Counted from the first letter of the stretch, positions 30,504 to 42,787 are shown. The stretch: 64,000 bases of DNA from a bacterium (GCA_965221165.1 CBDCRP010000002.1:1376001-1440000), one strand, 5' to 3'. Made by a program: numbers and translations. The notes: generated from the letters alone by a model not told the origin.

Positions 30504-30968
30504 TTGAGTCGTGAATATCCGCTTCGCCCGATTGTCGGCGTAGGGGCGATCATCCTCGATAAGGAAAACGTCCTCATCGTCCGTCGGGGGCAACCTCCTA
30601 AAATGGGCGCCTGGAGCATTCCGGGTGGCGGCGTCCATTTGGGAGAAAACCTCGAACAAACCTGTATGCGAGAGGTCAAAGAAGAGACCGGCCTGGATGT
30701 GGAGATCCTCTCCGAGGGCCGGGTTTTGAACCGCGTCACCCGGGACGAATGGGAACGCGTGCAATTTCATTACGTGCTCATTGATTTTGTGTGCCGACCC
30801 ATCGGGGGGACGCTTCAGGCGGCGAGCGACATATCTGAAGCCAAGTGGGTTCCGTTAAGCGAGCTATCCAGCTTACGTCCGATGACGAGTGGAACGGCGG
30901 AATTTATACTAGAATCGGTCACCACGCTCAACCAATCATCCCACCGAAAAAGTTGGGAACCCACATGA
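30504..30968 (+). CDS. Nudix hydrolase (ADP-ribose pyrophosphatase-like)
   Basis: Nudix box GGGVHLGENLEQTCMREVKEETGL; HYVLIDF. Confidence 0.9.
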   Translation: MSREYPLRPIVGVGAIILDKENVLIVRRGQPPKMGAWSIPGGGVHLGENLEQTCMREVKEETGLDVEILSEGRVLNRVTRDEWERVQFHYVLIDFVCRPIGGTLQAASDISEAKWVPLSELSSLRPMTSGTAEFILESVTTLNQSSHRKSWEPT

Positions 30969-31687
30969 AAGACGGCAGTGAAAAACAACCTTCGAATGAA
31001 CAACTCGCCGCTTTGTTTTTGCGTCTCGCCGCACGCGAACTCCAAACTCCCGCCTCTCACCTCAAAAGTAAGTTCCTCTCCCTGGCCGAGGAATCAGACC
31101 CCTGGAAGGCGCGTGAGGAGATTCAGGATTTATCCGAGAACATCCATCGCTTGAGCCGCCTCATCGACACACTCTCCGACGCCGCCGACATCGAAACGCA
31201 GCACGTAAGTCTGGAGAACGCCGAAATAAATCTCGCGCATCTTTTCAGCGAGCGCATCGGCAAGCGGCTGTGGAATTTTCCGTCGTTTCGGTTTTTACCC
31301 GAGATGCCGTCCCGGCTCGACATTTACGGAGACAGAACGAGACTCACCTTTCTCATCGACGACTTACTGGATGCAGCCATTCACATCGCGCCTGAGGGCG
31401 GCATCATCCACGCGCTTCTCGCGAAAGAAAATGATCGGATCGTTTTGTCGACCACCAACCGCGACGCTCAAATTACTTCTTTTTATTTCGATTCGTTCAT
31501 CGACTGGATGGCGAAAGACCTGGAGAATCCGGGTGCGCTTCGGGGGATCGGAATTGGCCTTTACCGAAGCTATCGAACCGCCCTTCTCCTGAACGGGCGG
31601 TTGGAACTCACAGCGACTCCCGAGGTCGGCGCATCCTTCACTGTCGAGTTTCCCTTTCATCAACCACAACGTTCCGATCTTCCATAG
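30965..31687 (+). CDS. Degenerate histidine kinase-like protein (HisKA + HATPase fold, no sensor)
   Basis: ARELQTP, RLSRLIDTL, GDRTRL, GIGIGL, GASFTVEFP; ATGA overlap with the Nudix gene. Confidence 0.8.
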   Translation: MKDGSEKQPSNEQLAALFLRLAARELQTPASHLKSKFLSLAEESDPWKAREEIQDLSENIHRLSRLIDTLSDAADIETQHVSLENAEINLAHLFSERIGKRLWNFPSFRFLPEMPSRLDIYGDRTRLTFLIDDLLDAAIHIAPEGGIIHALLAKENDRIVLSTTNRDAQITSFYFDSFIDWMAKDLENPGALRGIGIGLYRSYRTALLLNGRLELTATPEVGASFTVEFPFHQPQRSDLP

Positions 31688-31699
31688 GAATCCATCTAC

Positions 31700-32773
31700 A
31701 TGACCGAGGAGAAGCGAATTTCCGAAGAAGCGCTCGTTCGTTTCGCCACGAAAATCATCATGGCCCTCGGAGCCAGCGAGGAGCGCGCCAAAGTGACGGC
31801 GGAAATCCTCGCGGCGGCGGATATGCGCGGAATATCGAGCCACGGCGTGGCGGGCGGCACGGGTTTGCGCGAACTCGTCGAACGCATCCGAAAAGACGCC
31901 ATCGACCCGAAAGTCACGCCGAGCGTCAAGCGAAATGAAAACTGGGCCGTCGCCACCATGGATGCGCAAGCCGGCATCGGCCCGGCGGCGGCGATGGATG
32001 CGACCCGCCTCGCGGGCGATTTGGCGGAAAAATACGGCATCGGAAAAGTCTATGTGCACAACGCGAATCACTTCGGGGCGGCATGCGTGTATGTAGAGGC
32101 GCTCATCGAGCGGGGCCTGGCCGGCCGCGCCACGTGCACATCCGGCGCATGGATGAAGCCATTCGGGGGAAACAGGATTCGGCTGGGCACGAACCCCATC
32201 GCCTGGGGAGTCCCTGCGGGAGATCAGGCCATCGTCATCGACGTGGCCACCACGCAGCGCGCCGTGAGCCCCGCCATTCGCGCCAGCCGTGCGGGAGAGG
32301 CAATTCCGCCCGATTATTTTCTTTATGAAAACGGAGAGGTCATGTCCGGTCACGTGGCGTATGACGAACTGATCAAAGGCTCCGTCCTGCCCCTGGGAGG
32401 AACGCAGTTCGGCTACAAGGGTTCCGGCCTCGCCGTGCTCGTGGATTTGGACGGCGTCATCGGCGGCGGCGCGACGCAAAGCATTCCGACGCTGCGCGTT
32501 CAACCCGACGCCCGCATCACCCAGACGATAGAAGCCTGGAGGCTGGACGCGCTCTATCCCGCAGAGGATGCAAAGAAGCTGTTGGCCGAGGCGGTGAGAG
32601 ACATCAAAAGCTGCGGGGGGCCGGAGATGCTGCTTCCGGGAGAACGCGAGGCGCTGAAAAAAGCGGACGCGGAGAAAAACGGCATCCCCTATGAAGCCAG
32701 CCAGTGGGACACACTCAAAATGATAGGAGGCTGGCTGGGCGTCGAGCCGCCCGAAGCCATGCAGGAGAATTGA
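31700..32773 (+). CDS. Ldh_2 family (malate/lactate/sulfolactate/ureidoglycolate-type) dehydrogenase
   Basis: ADMRGISSHG, NANHFG, GTNPIA, GYKGSGL, LPGERE. Confidence 0.9.
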   Translation: MTEEKRISEEALVRFATKIIMALGASEERAKVTAEILAAADMRGISSHGVAGGTGLRELVERIRKDAIDPKVTPSVKRNENWAVATMDAQAGIGPAAAMDATRLAGDLAEKYGIGKVYVHNANHFGAACVYVEALIERGLAGRATCTSGAWMKPFGGNRIRLGTNPIAWGVPAGDQAIVIDVATTQRAVSPAIRASRAGEAIPPDYFLYENGEVMSGHVAYDELIKGSVLPLGGTQFGYKGSGLAVLVDLDGVIGGGATQSIPTLRVQPDARITQTIEAWRLDALYPAEDAKKLLAEAVRDIKSCGGPEMLLPGEREALKKADAEKNGIPYEASQWDTLKMIGGWLGVEPPEAMQEN

Positions 32774-32844
32774 TCCGCTAAACAAGCTGCTTTCAGGGCA
32801 TCAGCCCGAGAGAGAGCGCCGGAGCCGCATCCGCAAATTATCTT

Positions 32845-34104
32845 TTAGGCGTTTCGCTCCAGGCGAACGGTTTCTATCTGCCGCTCGTTCGCCGATTCCA
32901 CGGTGAGCGTCCAGCCCTCCAGGGATATGTACTCGCCTTCATTTGGGATATGCTCGAACCGCTCCAGGAGATAGCCCGCCAAGGTCTCGTAATCCCCCTC
33001 GGGTATAGGAAGCGAAAGCGCCTCGCGCACGTCCTCGACCTCCATGCGGGCATCAACGAGGTACTGCTCCTCGCCCATCTTGTGGAACATGCGGACTTCG
33101 TCGACGTCATACTCGTCAGCGATGTCGCCCACGATCTCCTCCACCAGATCCTCCATGGTCACGATGCCGGTGCAAGCCCCGTATTCATCCACCACCACGG
33201 CCATCTTCTCTTTTCGACTCATCAACTCATCGAGAAGACTATCGGCGGGCTTCGTTTCCGGCACGAAATAAGCGCTTCGGATGAGGCCTTCTTTTTCCCT
33301 GAGACGTCCTGCGGCGTCCGCCCCCAGTCCGAGAATATCCCTCGCATGAACGACGCCCACGATGTGGTGCAGGTTTTCCCTGTAGATCAGAATCCTCGAG
33401 TGGCCATCGTCCTCGATTTTTTCGATCACCTCCCCCACCATGCTCTCCTCGTCCACCGCCGAGAGATCCACGATGGGCACCAGCACGTTTTCCATGTCCA
33501 ACTCGCCGAACGTGAAGATGCGGCCTATCATCTGTCGCTCGAGAACCTGCACGTCTCCATCGCTTTGCTCTTCCATGAGCGATTCGAGTTCCTGCCGCGT
33601 GACGAAAGGCGTGCTCTCTCCATTGCGCGTTCCCAGCCGCAAAGCGGCGCCGATGAGCGTGCTGATCACCCACACCAACGGATATACCAGCAGCCTGGCG
33701 CCCCACACGACGCGCGCCAACAAAGGGGCGAGCGCATCGGCGCGAGCCTGGCAATACCCCTTGGGAACCACCTCGCCGAACACCACGAGCACCGGAATCA
33801 CCAGGGCGACCGAGAGCGCCTCCCCATATGCGGGACCGACGAAATCAATGGCCGCGATGGTGGCCAGAGAAACGTTCGTCACGAAACTCGCGTTATGACA
33901 GGTGAGAATCGTGCCCATGAGCCATTCGGGTTTTTCCAGCAACGTGAGGGCGATAGACGCGCCTTTGTTCCCTTCTTCCGCCTTGGCCCGCAGACGGGCG
34001 CGATCCGCGGAAACAATGGCAATCTCCGCTCCCGAGAACAACGCTTCCGCCAGGAGCAGGATGAGGCCGATGACGATGACGGAGAAAATATCCAATTCAG
34101 GCAT
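32845..34104 (-). CDS. CNNM/CorB-type (DUF21-CBS-CorC_HlyC) membrane protein
   Basis: FSGAEIA, FGEVVPK, VVDEYG, TMEDLVEEIVGDI, YETLAG. Confidence 0.9.
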   Translation of the reverse strand: MPELDIFSVIVIGLILLLAEALFSGAEIAIVSADRARLRAKAEEGNKGASIALTLLEKPEWLMGTILTCHNASFVTNVSLATIAAIDFVGPAYGEALSVALVIPVLVVFGEVVPKGYCQARADALAPLLARVVWGARLLVYPLVWVISTLIGAALRLGTRNGESTPFVTRQELESLMEEQSDGDVQVLERQMIGRIFTFGELDMENVLVPIVDLSAVDEESMVGEVIEKIEDDGHSRILIYRENLHHIVGVVHARDILGLGADAAGRLREKEGLIRSAYFVPETKPADSLLDELMSRKEKMAVVVDEYGACTGIVTMEDLVEEIVGDIADEYDVDEVRMFHKMGEEQYLVDARMEVEDVREALSLPIPEGDYETLAGYLLERFEHIPNEGEYISLEGWTLTVESANERQIETVRLERNA

Positions 34105-35368
34105 CCTCCCGTCTTCGCGCGCGCACCAGCAGAACGCGAGAACCGCTGGTCTCGATCACCGTGAATTCCACGCTCCCCAAGCGAACCCGCTCGTTGAGCG
34201 AGGGCACATGGCCCAGCAACGTAAAGACGGCACCGCCCAGCGTGTTCGCCTCCTCGTAGGCAGGGAGTTCCCAGCCGCTCACCGCCGAGAATTCAGCCAG
34301 AGGAACGCGGCCCTGGCACAGGTATGAGCCCTCACCTTCCTGGGCAATCCAGGTTTCCTCGGCCTCTTCGTGTTCATCCTTGATTTCGCCGAAAATCTCC
34401 TCGAGCAGATCCGTCATCGTCACCAAGCCGAGAGTGCCGCCGAATTCATCCTGAACGATGGCGACGTGGGTACGTTCATTCCGAAACCGCCGGAACAAGC
34501 GGTCGAGCTTCATGCCGCCTGGAACCACGAGGGGTGGGCGCAACATCTGTTTCGTCAGGCGCTCTTCGGGACCGAAGTTCTTTCGCCCCGCCTGGCGCAG
34601 AAAATCCTTGACATACAAAACGCCTACTATCTGATCCCGGTCTTGCCGAAAAATCGGAATGCGTGAATGCGTGGCCGTGCGGACGCGATCGATCACTTCG
34701 GCGATGGGCAGGCTAATCTCCCAACACTCCAGATCCGTACGGGGCACGGCCACATCGGCTACGGTTCTGTCGTGAAAACCGAACACGTTGTGAATAAGTT
34801 CACGCTCGCCCTCTTCGAGTTCGCCTTCGGCATGGCCCGCGTCCACGAGATGCAGGAATTCGTCTTCCATCAGGATGCTCTGCGAATCGCGCGGGGGGGC
34901 TCCCATGCAGGAGAGCACGCCGTTCGCCACCTGTAAAAAGACCCACCGCAAAGGAGAGATGATGCGCGCGAAGACGGATATGGGATACGCCAGGAATCGC
35001 GAGAACCGCTCCGGATACCGGGCCGCCAGGGATTTGGGCGTGATCTCGCCGAATACCATCAGGAGCGGCGCCATGAACACGGGCGCGAGCCACCTCTTCT
35101 CGGGTTCCAGATAAGCCACCACGACGCCCGTAAACAGCGCGGAGGAAGCGATGTTCACGATTTCGTTGCCCATCAATATGGAGGTGATCAATCGCCGGGG
35201 CCTGTCCAGAAGGTCGGATATCCGCGCTCCCATGCCGCCCTCTCGGCGCATGGCGCGCACCCTGGGACGCGGAAGGGAGAAAAGGGCCGTCTCGCTGGCC
35301 GAGAAACCGGCGGAGCAAAGCATGAGGAAAACAAAGGCGGCGAGCCGGAAGAGCAGGTCGGCATCCAT
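34097..35368 (-). CDS. CNNM/CorB-type membrane protein (tandem paralog)
   Basis: FSASETA, FGEITPK, DEFGG, DLLEEIFGEI; 8-nt overlap with the next gene. Confidence 0.9.
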   Translation of the reverse strand: MDADLLFRLAAFVFLMLCSAGFSASETALFSLPRPRVRAMRREGGMGARISDLLDRPRRLITSILMGNEIVNIASSALFTGVVVAYLEPEKRWLAPVFMAPLLMVFGEITPKSLAARYPERFSRFLAYPISVFARIISPLRWVFLQVANGVLSCMGAPPRDSQSILMEDEFLHLVDAGHAEGELEEGERELIHNVFGFHDRTVADVAVPRTDLECWEISLPIAEVIDRVRTATHSRIPIFRQDRDQIVGVLYVKDFLRQAGRKNFGPEERLTKQMLRPPLVVPGGMKLDRLFRRFRNERTHVAIVQDEFGGTLGLVTMTDLLEEIFGEIKDEHEEAEETWIAQEGEGSYLCQGRVPLAEFSAVSGWELPAYEEANTLGGAVFTLLGHVPSLNERVRLGSVEFTVIETSGSRVLLVRARRREDA

Positions 35369-35444
35369 CAGTCAATGCCTCCCTGCTGATCGGGATGAAA
35401 ACGCATTCGCCCCGGAGGTTCGGGGTCAGGCGCAGGTTCTTCTG

Positions 35445-36326
35445 CTACCATGAGGCCGTCAATCTCCTTAAATAATTCCGAAATGCGGGGCCGATATCCT
35501 CGCGATTTAGAGCGAACTCGACCGTCGCCTCCAAAAAACCCAGTTTATCGCCCGCATCATAGCGCTTTCCCTCATATTCATAGGCGTAAAGCCGGGTGTG
35601 CTCCAGCAGTCCCCGCAACCCGTCGGTGAGCTGAATCTCTCCTTTCGCATCCGGTCTCAGGCGCTCAAGGACCGGGAAAATCTCGGGCGGCAACACGTAG
35701 CGCCCGATGATTGCGACATCAGAGGGCGCATCTTCGGGTTCGGGTTTTTCCACCATCCCCTTGAGCGGCGTGACGCCCGGGGCGGGCGACGGTTCGCCGG
35801 AAGGATCGATAATACCGTATTTGGAGAGGGCGTGTTTTTCGACCCGCAGTCCTGCGACCACGCCGCCGCCATACGCATTAAACACGCGCACCAACTGGCC
35901 GATGGCGGGATCTTCGCTCCTGATGACGTCATCGGACAATATGACGGCAAAAGGCTCTTCTCCCACAGCCGGCTTCGCGCACAAGACCGCATGGCCCAAA
36001 CCCAAAGGACGCTTTTGGCGGATAGACGTAATTTGCGCTTTACGGGAGATTTCCTCTACCATGGCCAATTGTCTCTCCTCACCCCTGTCACGCAAATGAG
36101 ATTCCACCTCGAAGGCGACATCAAAGTGGTCCACCATCGAAACCTTCCCGCGTCCGGTGATGAATACGATCTCCTCGATGCCGGCGTCCAGCGCCTCCTG
36201 CACGCCGATCTGGATTTGCGGAATGTCCACGATGGGAAGCATCTCTTTCGGGATCACCTTGGTGGCGGGCAAAAACCGCGTGCCGAGCCCTGCCACAGGA
36301 AAAACAGCCTTGCGAACCCGGCTCAT
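35445..36326 (-). CDS. galU: UTP-glucose-1-phosphate uridylyltransferase
   Basis: KAVFPVAGLGTRFLPATK, PKEMLP, GLGHAV, VEKP, GEIQLTD. Confidence 0.96.
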   Translation of the reverse strand: MSRVRKAVFPVAGLGTRFLPATKVIPKEMLPIVDIPQIQIGVQEALDAGIEEIVFITGRGKVSMVDHFDVAFEVESHLRDRGEERQLAMVEEISRKAQITSIRQKRPLGLGHAVLCAKPAVGEEPFAVILSDDVIRSEDPAIGQLVRVFNAYGGGVVAGLRVEKHALSKYGIIDPSGEPSPAPGVTPLKGMVEKPEPEDAPSDVAIIGRYVLPPEIFPVLERLRPDAKGEIQLTDGLRGLLEHTRLYAYEYEGKRYDAGDKLGFLEATVEFALNREDIGPAFRNYLRRLTASW

Positions 36327-36388
36327 GAGAAGGTTTCCATAAGAAAAAAGATGTGTCGGTGCGCGTGAATACGTGACATTTGTCCTAG

Positions 36389-38513
<2,125 letters not shown>

Positions 38514-39524
38514 CTAGAGCGATTCGAGGCGCTTTCGGGCGGTGGTCGCCGCGCTCGAATCCGGATATTCGCCAATCACGCGGCCAAGCAACTCACGGGC
38601 GCTTGCGAGATCGCCCAAATTCAAAAACGAGAGGGCCTCCAAAAGAAGAGCCTCCGGTGCCTTGTCTGCGTTGGCATAATCGGCTGCCACTTTGACGAAC
38701 TCTATAATAGCGCGTTCAAAATTCTTCTCTTCAAAATAGGACTGTCCTATCCAATACTGCGCGTCATCCGACAATTCGTGCGTTGGATATCGAGTGATAA
38801 ACGCATTCAGTAGACCGCGCGCCTTCGCGAAACTCCTCTCATCGCGCAAGACACGAATGGCTTGGGCGTAGTCCTCTTCGGGATCGGGAGGCCTCGGCGC
38901 GGGAACAGGCTTCTGCGGCTGACCGACCAGTTCCGTGGGAATGACGGCGACTCGCGTGTTGCCCGTGGGCAAACCCACGATCTGGGCGTCCTGGTTTTGT
39001 GGCAAGCCTGCGGATGGAATCCGCACGCCTTCGCGAGGAGCGCCTACAGCTAGCATCCGGGATGGTTCTCCCGCCGGAGTGACGACAACCTCCTCTTTTT
39101 TTTGCGCAGCTACCAAAGGAGCCTTCGAGCGCAACTGGCTCACTTCATTTTCGAGCTTTTCGATCCGCTCTTGAAGTTTCGCGATGGCCTCCCCGGCTTT
39201 CTCCAGAGAGTTCTCGGAATCTTTCCGCGCGCGTTCGACCTCATCCGTGATTTCCTGAATCGCTTCGCGCGCCTCCTCGATACGCTGCTCCTGGTTCCGC
39301 ATTCCGCGCCTGAAACCTTGCAGATTCTTTTCGATCGCCGAAACATCGACCGATGGATTCCGCGCGGCGACCTGAGCCGGCGGCGCGGGGCGAGATGCTG
39401 AACTCGTTCCAGGGACGATTCCCGGGCCGCCCCCCGGGGAATTCGCCTCGGGACAACCGAGTAAAACAAGAGACAGCGCAATCAACGAGAATGCTTGAAG
39501 ACTGGATGCCTTGAAAGTTTTCAT
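38514..39524 (-). CDS. cpoB: Tol-Pal-associated CpoB/YbgF (coiled coil + TPR)
   Basis: Follows pal; AQYWIGQSYF, KAPEALL, YPDSSAA; lipobox LLGC. Confidence 0.85.
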   Translation of the reverse strand: MKTFKASSLQAFSLIALSLVLLGCPEANSPGGGPGIVPGTSSASRPAPPAQVAARNPSVDVSAIEKNLQGFRRGMRNQEQRIEEAREAIQEITDEVERARKDSENSLEKAGEAIAKLQERIEKLENEVSQLRSKAPLVAAQKKEEVVVTPAGEPSRMLAVGAPREGVRIPSAGLPQNQDAQIVGLPTGNTRVAVIPTELVGQPQKPVPAPRPPDPEEDYAQAIRVLRDERSFAKARGLLNAFITRYPTHELSDDAQYWIGQSYFEEKNFERAIIEFVKVAADYANADKAPEALLLEALSFLNLGDLASARELLGRVIGEYPDSSAATTARKRLESL

Positions 39525-39562
39525 AAAGAAAAACTCCCCGGCGGCCTGTGCCGACGGGGAGT
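39525..39562 (-). terminator. Intrinsic terminator-like hairpin between pal and cpoB
   Basis: ACTCCCCGTCGGC-ACAG-GCCGCCGGGGAGT followed by TTTTCTTT. Confidence 0.7.
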
Positions 39563-39592
39563 CCTTTTCTTTTGCGCAGGACTGTCGGGCGA

Positions 39593-40183
39593 CTAGTTCA
39601 TGCCCGCCGGAATACCGCCGATGACGTTGAACTTCGCTCGCCGATTCTTGGCCCATCCCGCTTCGTTGGAACGCGAGTCGGCCGGACGCTCCTCGCCATA
39701 GCTCACCGTATCGACCCGGGAAGGATTGACGCCGAGCGATCCGAGATAATCCCTGGAACTTTGTGAACGCCTGTGCCCGAGCGCGATGTTGTATTCCACC
39801 GTGCCGCGCTCGTCGCAATGCCCCTCGACCTGTACCCGAATACCCGGGAACTCTTGCAGGAAGCGGGCCTTGGCGTCCAGGATCGCGCGCATGTCGGGGC
39901 GGATATCCGATTTGTCAAAATCGAAGTACACCAAGTCGTTTTCAAACCCGGCCAACGAGCGCTTGAAGGCGGCGCGCTTTTGACGGCGATCCGCCTCCGT
40001 CATGCTCATTTCCTTTTTCATCTCGGGTTTAGGAGGTTGCTTTTTTCTCACCATGGGAGCCGGCGGTTTGGGCGGCGGTAGTTCTTCGGTTTCCACCGTC
40101 TGTTTTACGCAACCCACGGCGAATACGAGCATCGCAGCCATCAACAAGGATTGAGAAGATTTAACACGACCCGATAACAACAT
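39593..40183 (-). CDS. pal: Peptidoglycan-associated lipoprotein
   Basis: Lipobox AVGC, VYFDFDKS, EGHCDERGTVEYN, SYGEERP, KNRR. Confidence 0.95.
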   Translation of the reverse strand: MLLSGRVKSSQSLLMAAMLVFAVGCVKQTVETEELPPPKPPAPMVRKKQPPKPEMKKEMSMTEADRRQKRAAFKRSLAGFENDLVYFDFDKSDIRPDMRAILDAKARFLQEFPGIRVQVEGHCDERGTVEYNIALGHRRSQSSRDYLGSLGVNPSRVDTVSYGEERPADSRSNEAGWAKNRRAKFNVIGGIPAGMN

Positions 40184-40371
40184 GCAGACATCCCCCTCGG
40201 AGTCTCTAGTTCATATATGTTCAGAGTGAGAAGCGTGATACATCACGGAGCGGAAACTCTTCCCCTCTTCATCCATCCACGGACATACATAACCAAAGTA
40301 TAAAGGGCGAATGGGCGATGAGCAAGCCCGTTTCTCATTTTTTCGAGAGATATCTCCCGATTTTTAAAATT

Positions 40372-41676
40372 TTACCTCGACATGGGCGACCAGGCGGGTT
40401 CCTGGCCGAGTTGAAGCCGCTTGAGTTGCGTGCCGGCGGAGGTCATCACATATACATATTTTCTGCCGCTCCGATCGGAGGAGAAGGCGATGTGCCGGCC
40501 ATCGGGAGACCAGGTGGGGGATTCATTGCGGCCCTGGCTGCCCGTGAGGCGGCGCAAGTCGGCGCCATCAACGTTCATCGTGGCGATGTCTATTTCCTTT
40601 CCCCGCTTGATGCGACTCGTCAGGGCGATTCTGTCCCCCCGGGGGCTCCATTCGGGTTCGGTATTGTATTTTCCCTTGAACGTGATGCGCCTCGGGCTGG
40701 AGCCGTCCACGTTCATGACGTAAATATGGGGATTTCCAGAACGACTCGACGTAAAGGCGATTTTTTTACCATCCGGCGAAAACGTGGGAGATACGTCGAT
40801 ACCGAAGCTCCGCGTGAGTCTTCTCTTCAAGCGGGTGCGCAAATCGTAGCGGAAAATCTCATAGTTTCGCCTCACAAGCTCGGCAAACGCGAAGTAGCGC
40901 GAATTCGAAGAAAAAGCGCCTCCGATGGCTTGCGCGCGAGAAGAACTCACCTTGAACTCGCGCGCCCCGTTCGTGGGCAGCAGAAACACGCCGGGCGGCC
41001 TGGATTTGAACGAAGAATACGCCATCCACCTTCCGTCCGGAGACCACGCGGGCGCGTTGTTGCCCATGCCGTTGCGCGTCACCCGCCTGAGTTCGGCGCC
41101 GTCCCAGTCCATGATGTAGATCTCTCCGCGCTCTTTGAGCGAACGCCTCGAGACGAATGCAATCTGGGTGTCGAACACTCCCTTCTCGCGCGTGTAGTGC
41201 TTCAGCACGTCATTGGCGAATCGGTGGGCCAGCAAACGCCAGCCGCTCCTGGGGTAGCGATACTGCTTGCCAAGCTCCTGGGCGGTGCTTGCAGTATCGT
41301 AGAGGTAGACTTCCGCGGTGATGGTTTTTCCCGAAATGGTGTAGCCGCCCTTGATGAGGGCCTCCACCTTGACCACCTTGCTCCAGTCGGAGAAGCGCTG
41401 TTCGTCCTTGCGAATCCCCGCGCGCAGGGGATTTTCCAGATAGCCCTTGCGGTTGGGGATAAAGAACAAGCCGCTGCGCTTAAGGTCGGATTCGATGACT
41501 TGCGCCATTTTGAGGCCCAGCGCGTCGCGCCGGTTGTCGAGGGGGCGAAACTCGGGAATCGCCAATCGTATCTTTCTGGCCGTGGGGGAATAGATATCGA
41601 TGAACACGCGTGCGGCGTCCACCCCTTGAGGCCATGAGAAAATCATGATGATGAGAAAAATCGCTCGACGAAGCAT
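40372..41676 (-). CDS. tolB: TolB beta-propeller
   Basis: PAWSPDG/PTFSPDG PD40 repeats, AHRFAN, FDTQIAFVS. Confidence 0.93.
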   Translation of the reverse strand: MLRRAIFLIIMIFSWPQGVDAARVFIDIYSPTARKIRLAIPEFRPLDNRRDALGLKMAQVIESDLKRSGLFFIPNRKGYLENPLRAGIRKDEQRFSDWSKVVKVEALIKGGYTISGKTITAEVYLYDTASTAQELGKQYRYPRSGWRLLAHRFANDVLKHYTREKGVFDTQIAFVSRRSLKERGEIYIMDWDGAELRRVTRNGMGNNAPAWSPDGRWMAYSSFKSRPPGVFLLPTNGAREFKVSSSRAQAIGGAFSSNSRYFAFAELVRRNYEIFRYDLRTRLKRRLTRSFGIDVSPTFSPDGKKIAFTSSRSGNPHIYVMNVDGSSPRRITFKGKYNTEPEWSPRGDRIALTSRIKRGKEIDIATMNVDGADLRRLTGSQGRNESPTWSPDGRHIAFSSDRSGRKYVYVMTSAGTQLKRLQLGQEPAWSPMSR

Positions 41677-41720
41677 CCGGCCCTCCCGCAGGTGTGGTCT
41701 GGTTTGAATTTTTTCTCGCA

Positions 41721-42773
41721 TCAACGGCAAAAATCCCTGCCGCAGAATCGAAAACCAAGGAAAAGCCAGTTTTCCTTTATCGTATCAGGCGGCTTGGGCA
41801 GGGTGGGCTTGGCGGCCCGCTCCACGGCGCGCAGCGCCGCCTGGTCGTAAATATTGTTCCCGCTGTAGCGCACGATCCGCAGATTGCGATAATTTCCTTC
41901 CCTATCCACATCTATTGTGACGTCGGTCTTGAGTCGGCTCAGATCAGCGATGCCTGGGGGCACCGTCCATAAACCCCGAATTCGCTCCGCCAGAAGTCCA
42001 TAATATCTCTCCTTGTCCGTTCGCGCGACGCCGCCGCTGCCGCCCGCTCGGCTGCCTCCGCCCTGGCCGTCGCCTCCCCCCTCACCGGTGTATCCCTTCA
42101 AAGGTCCCCGGTTCCTGGGCGCGAGGTCCGCTTTTGCGAGGCTATCGTCACTCATCCAGTCATCGAGGGGGCGTTTTTTCTTTTTAACCGGCGTGTTCTT
42201 TTCGTTTTCCTTGAAACGATTGCGCCAACGCCTGGCACGCTCTCTTCGTTCGCGTATCCGCCTGAGGCGCGCTTCGCGCACAGGATCGCGCTTTTTCTTT
42301 TTCCGCACGACCTTTTGGGGATTCTTTTTCGGAATACGCCGAACTTCTTTGCGGGGAGTTTTCTTCTTGACGACCTTTTTTTTCTTCTTCTTGGCGGGCG
42401 TGAGTTTTTTCTCAGGCGCCGCTATCTTCCTCGTCCCCTCGTCCGGCCCTTTTCGAGGAGTGGGCGCTTCCATGTCCTCGGGCCGGTCTCCGGATTTTCC
42501 CCGCGCCGAACCTCCCGGAATTTCATCCGCTCCCACTAGGCTGACGGCCGTTCCGCTTCCGAAAAACCGGTATTTCGGGTGAGAGGGCGCCAGGCTCACC
42601 CAGACGAAGAGAGCGGCGTGCAAAACAACGGAAGCCGCCAGTGCCCGGAGAAACCGGCGATCATGGAGCAACCCGCCCCTCTTCTCGCTCGCCCCCTGAA
42701 GGCGCGCGTCCGAGCGGGGCGAGTGAACGCCGGCGTCGTTGGAATTTTCCGAGAACCTGGGGGTTTTATTCAT
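41721..42773 (-). CDS. tolA: TolA/TonB-like protein
   Basis: TM helix SVVLHAAL (SHLS-type His), Lys/Arg-rich linker, C-terminal YSGNNIYDQAALRAV. Confidence 0.8.
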   Translation of the reverse strand: MNKTPRFSENSNDAGVHSPRSDARLQGASEKRGGLLHDRRFLRALAASVVLHAALFVWVSLAPSHPKYRFFGSGTAVSLVGADEIPGGSARGKSGDRPEDMEAPTPRKGPDEGTRKIAAPEKKLTPAKKKKKKVVKKKTPRKEVRRIPKKNPQKVVRKKKKRDPVREARLRRIRERRERARRWRNRFKENEKNTPVKKKKRPLDDWMSDDSLAKADLAPRNRGPLKGYTGEGGGDGQGGGSRAGGSGGVARTDKERYYGLLAERIRGLWTVPPGIADLSRLKTDVTIDVDREGNYRNLRIVRYSGNNIYDQAALRAVERAAKPTLPKPPDTIKENWLFLGFRFCGRDFCR

Positions 42774-42787
42774 GAGTCACCGGCCCT

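Noticed and set aside
32845-35368. Tandem 'hemolysin' genes as toxins
   Set aside because: These are CNNM/CorB Mg2+-homeostasis proteins, and tandem pairs are common
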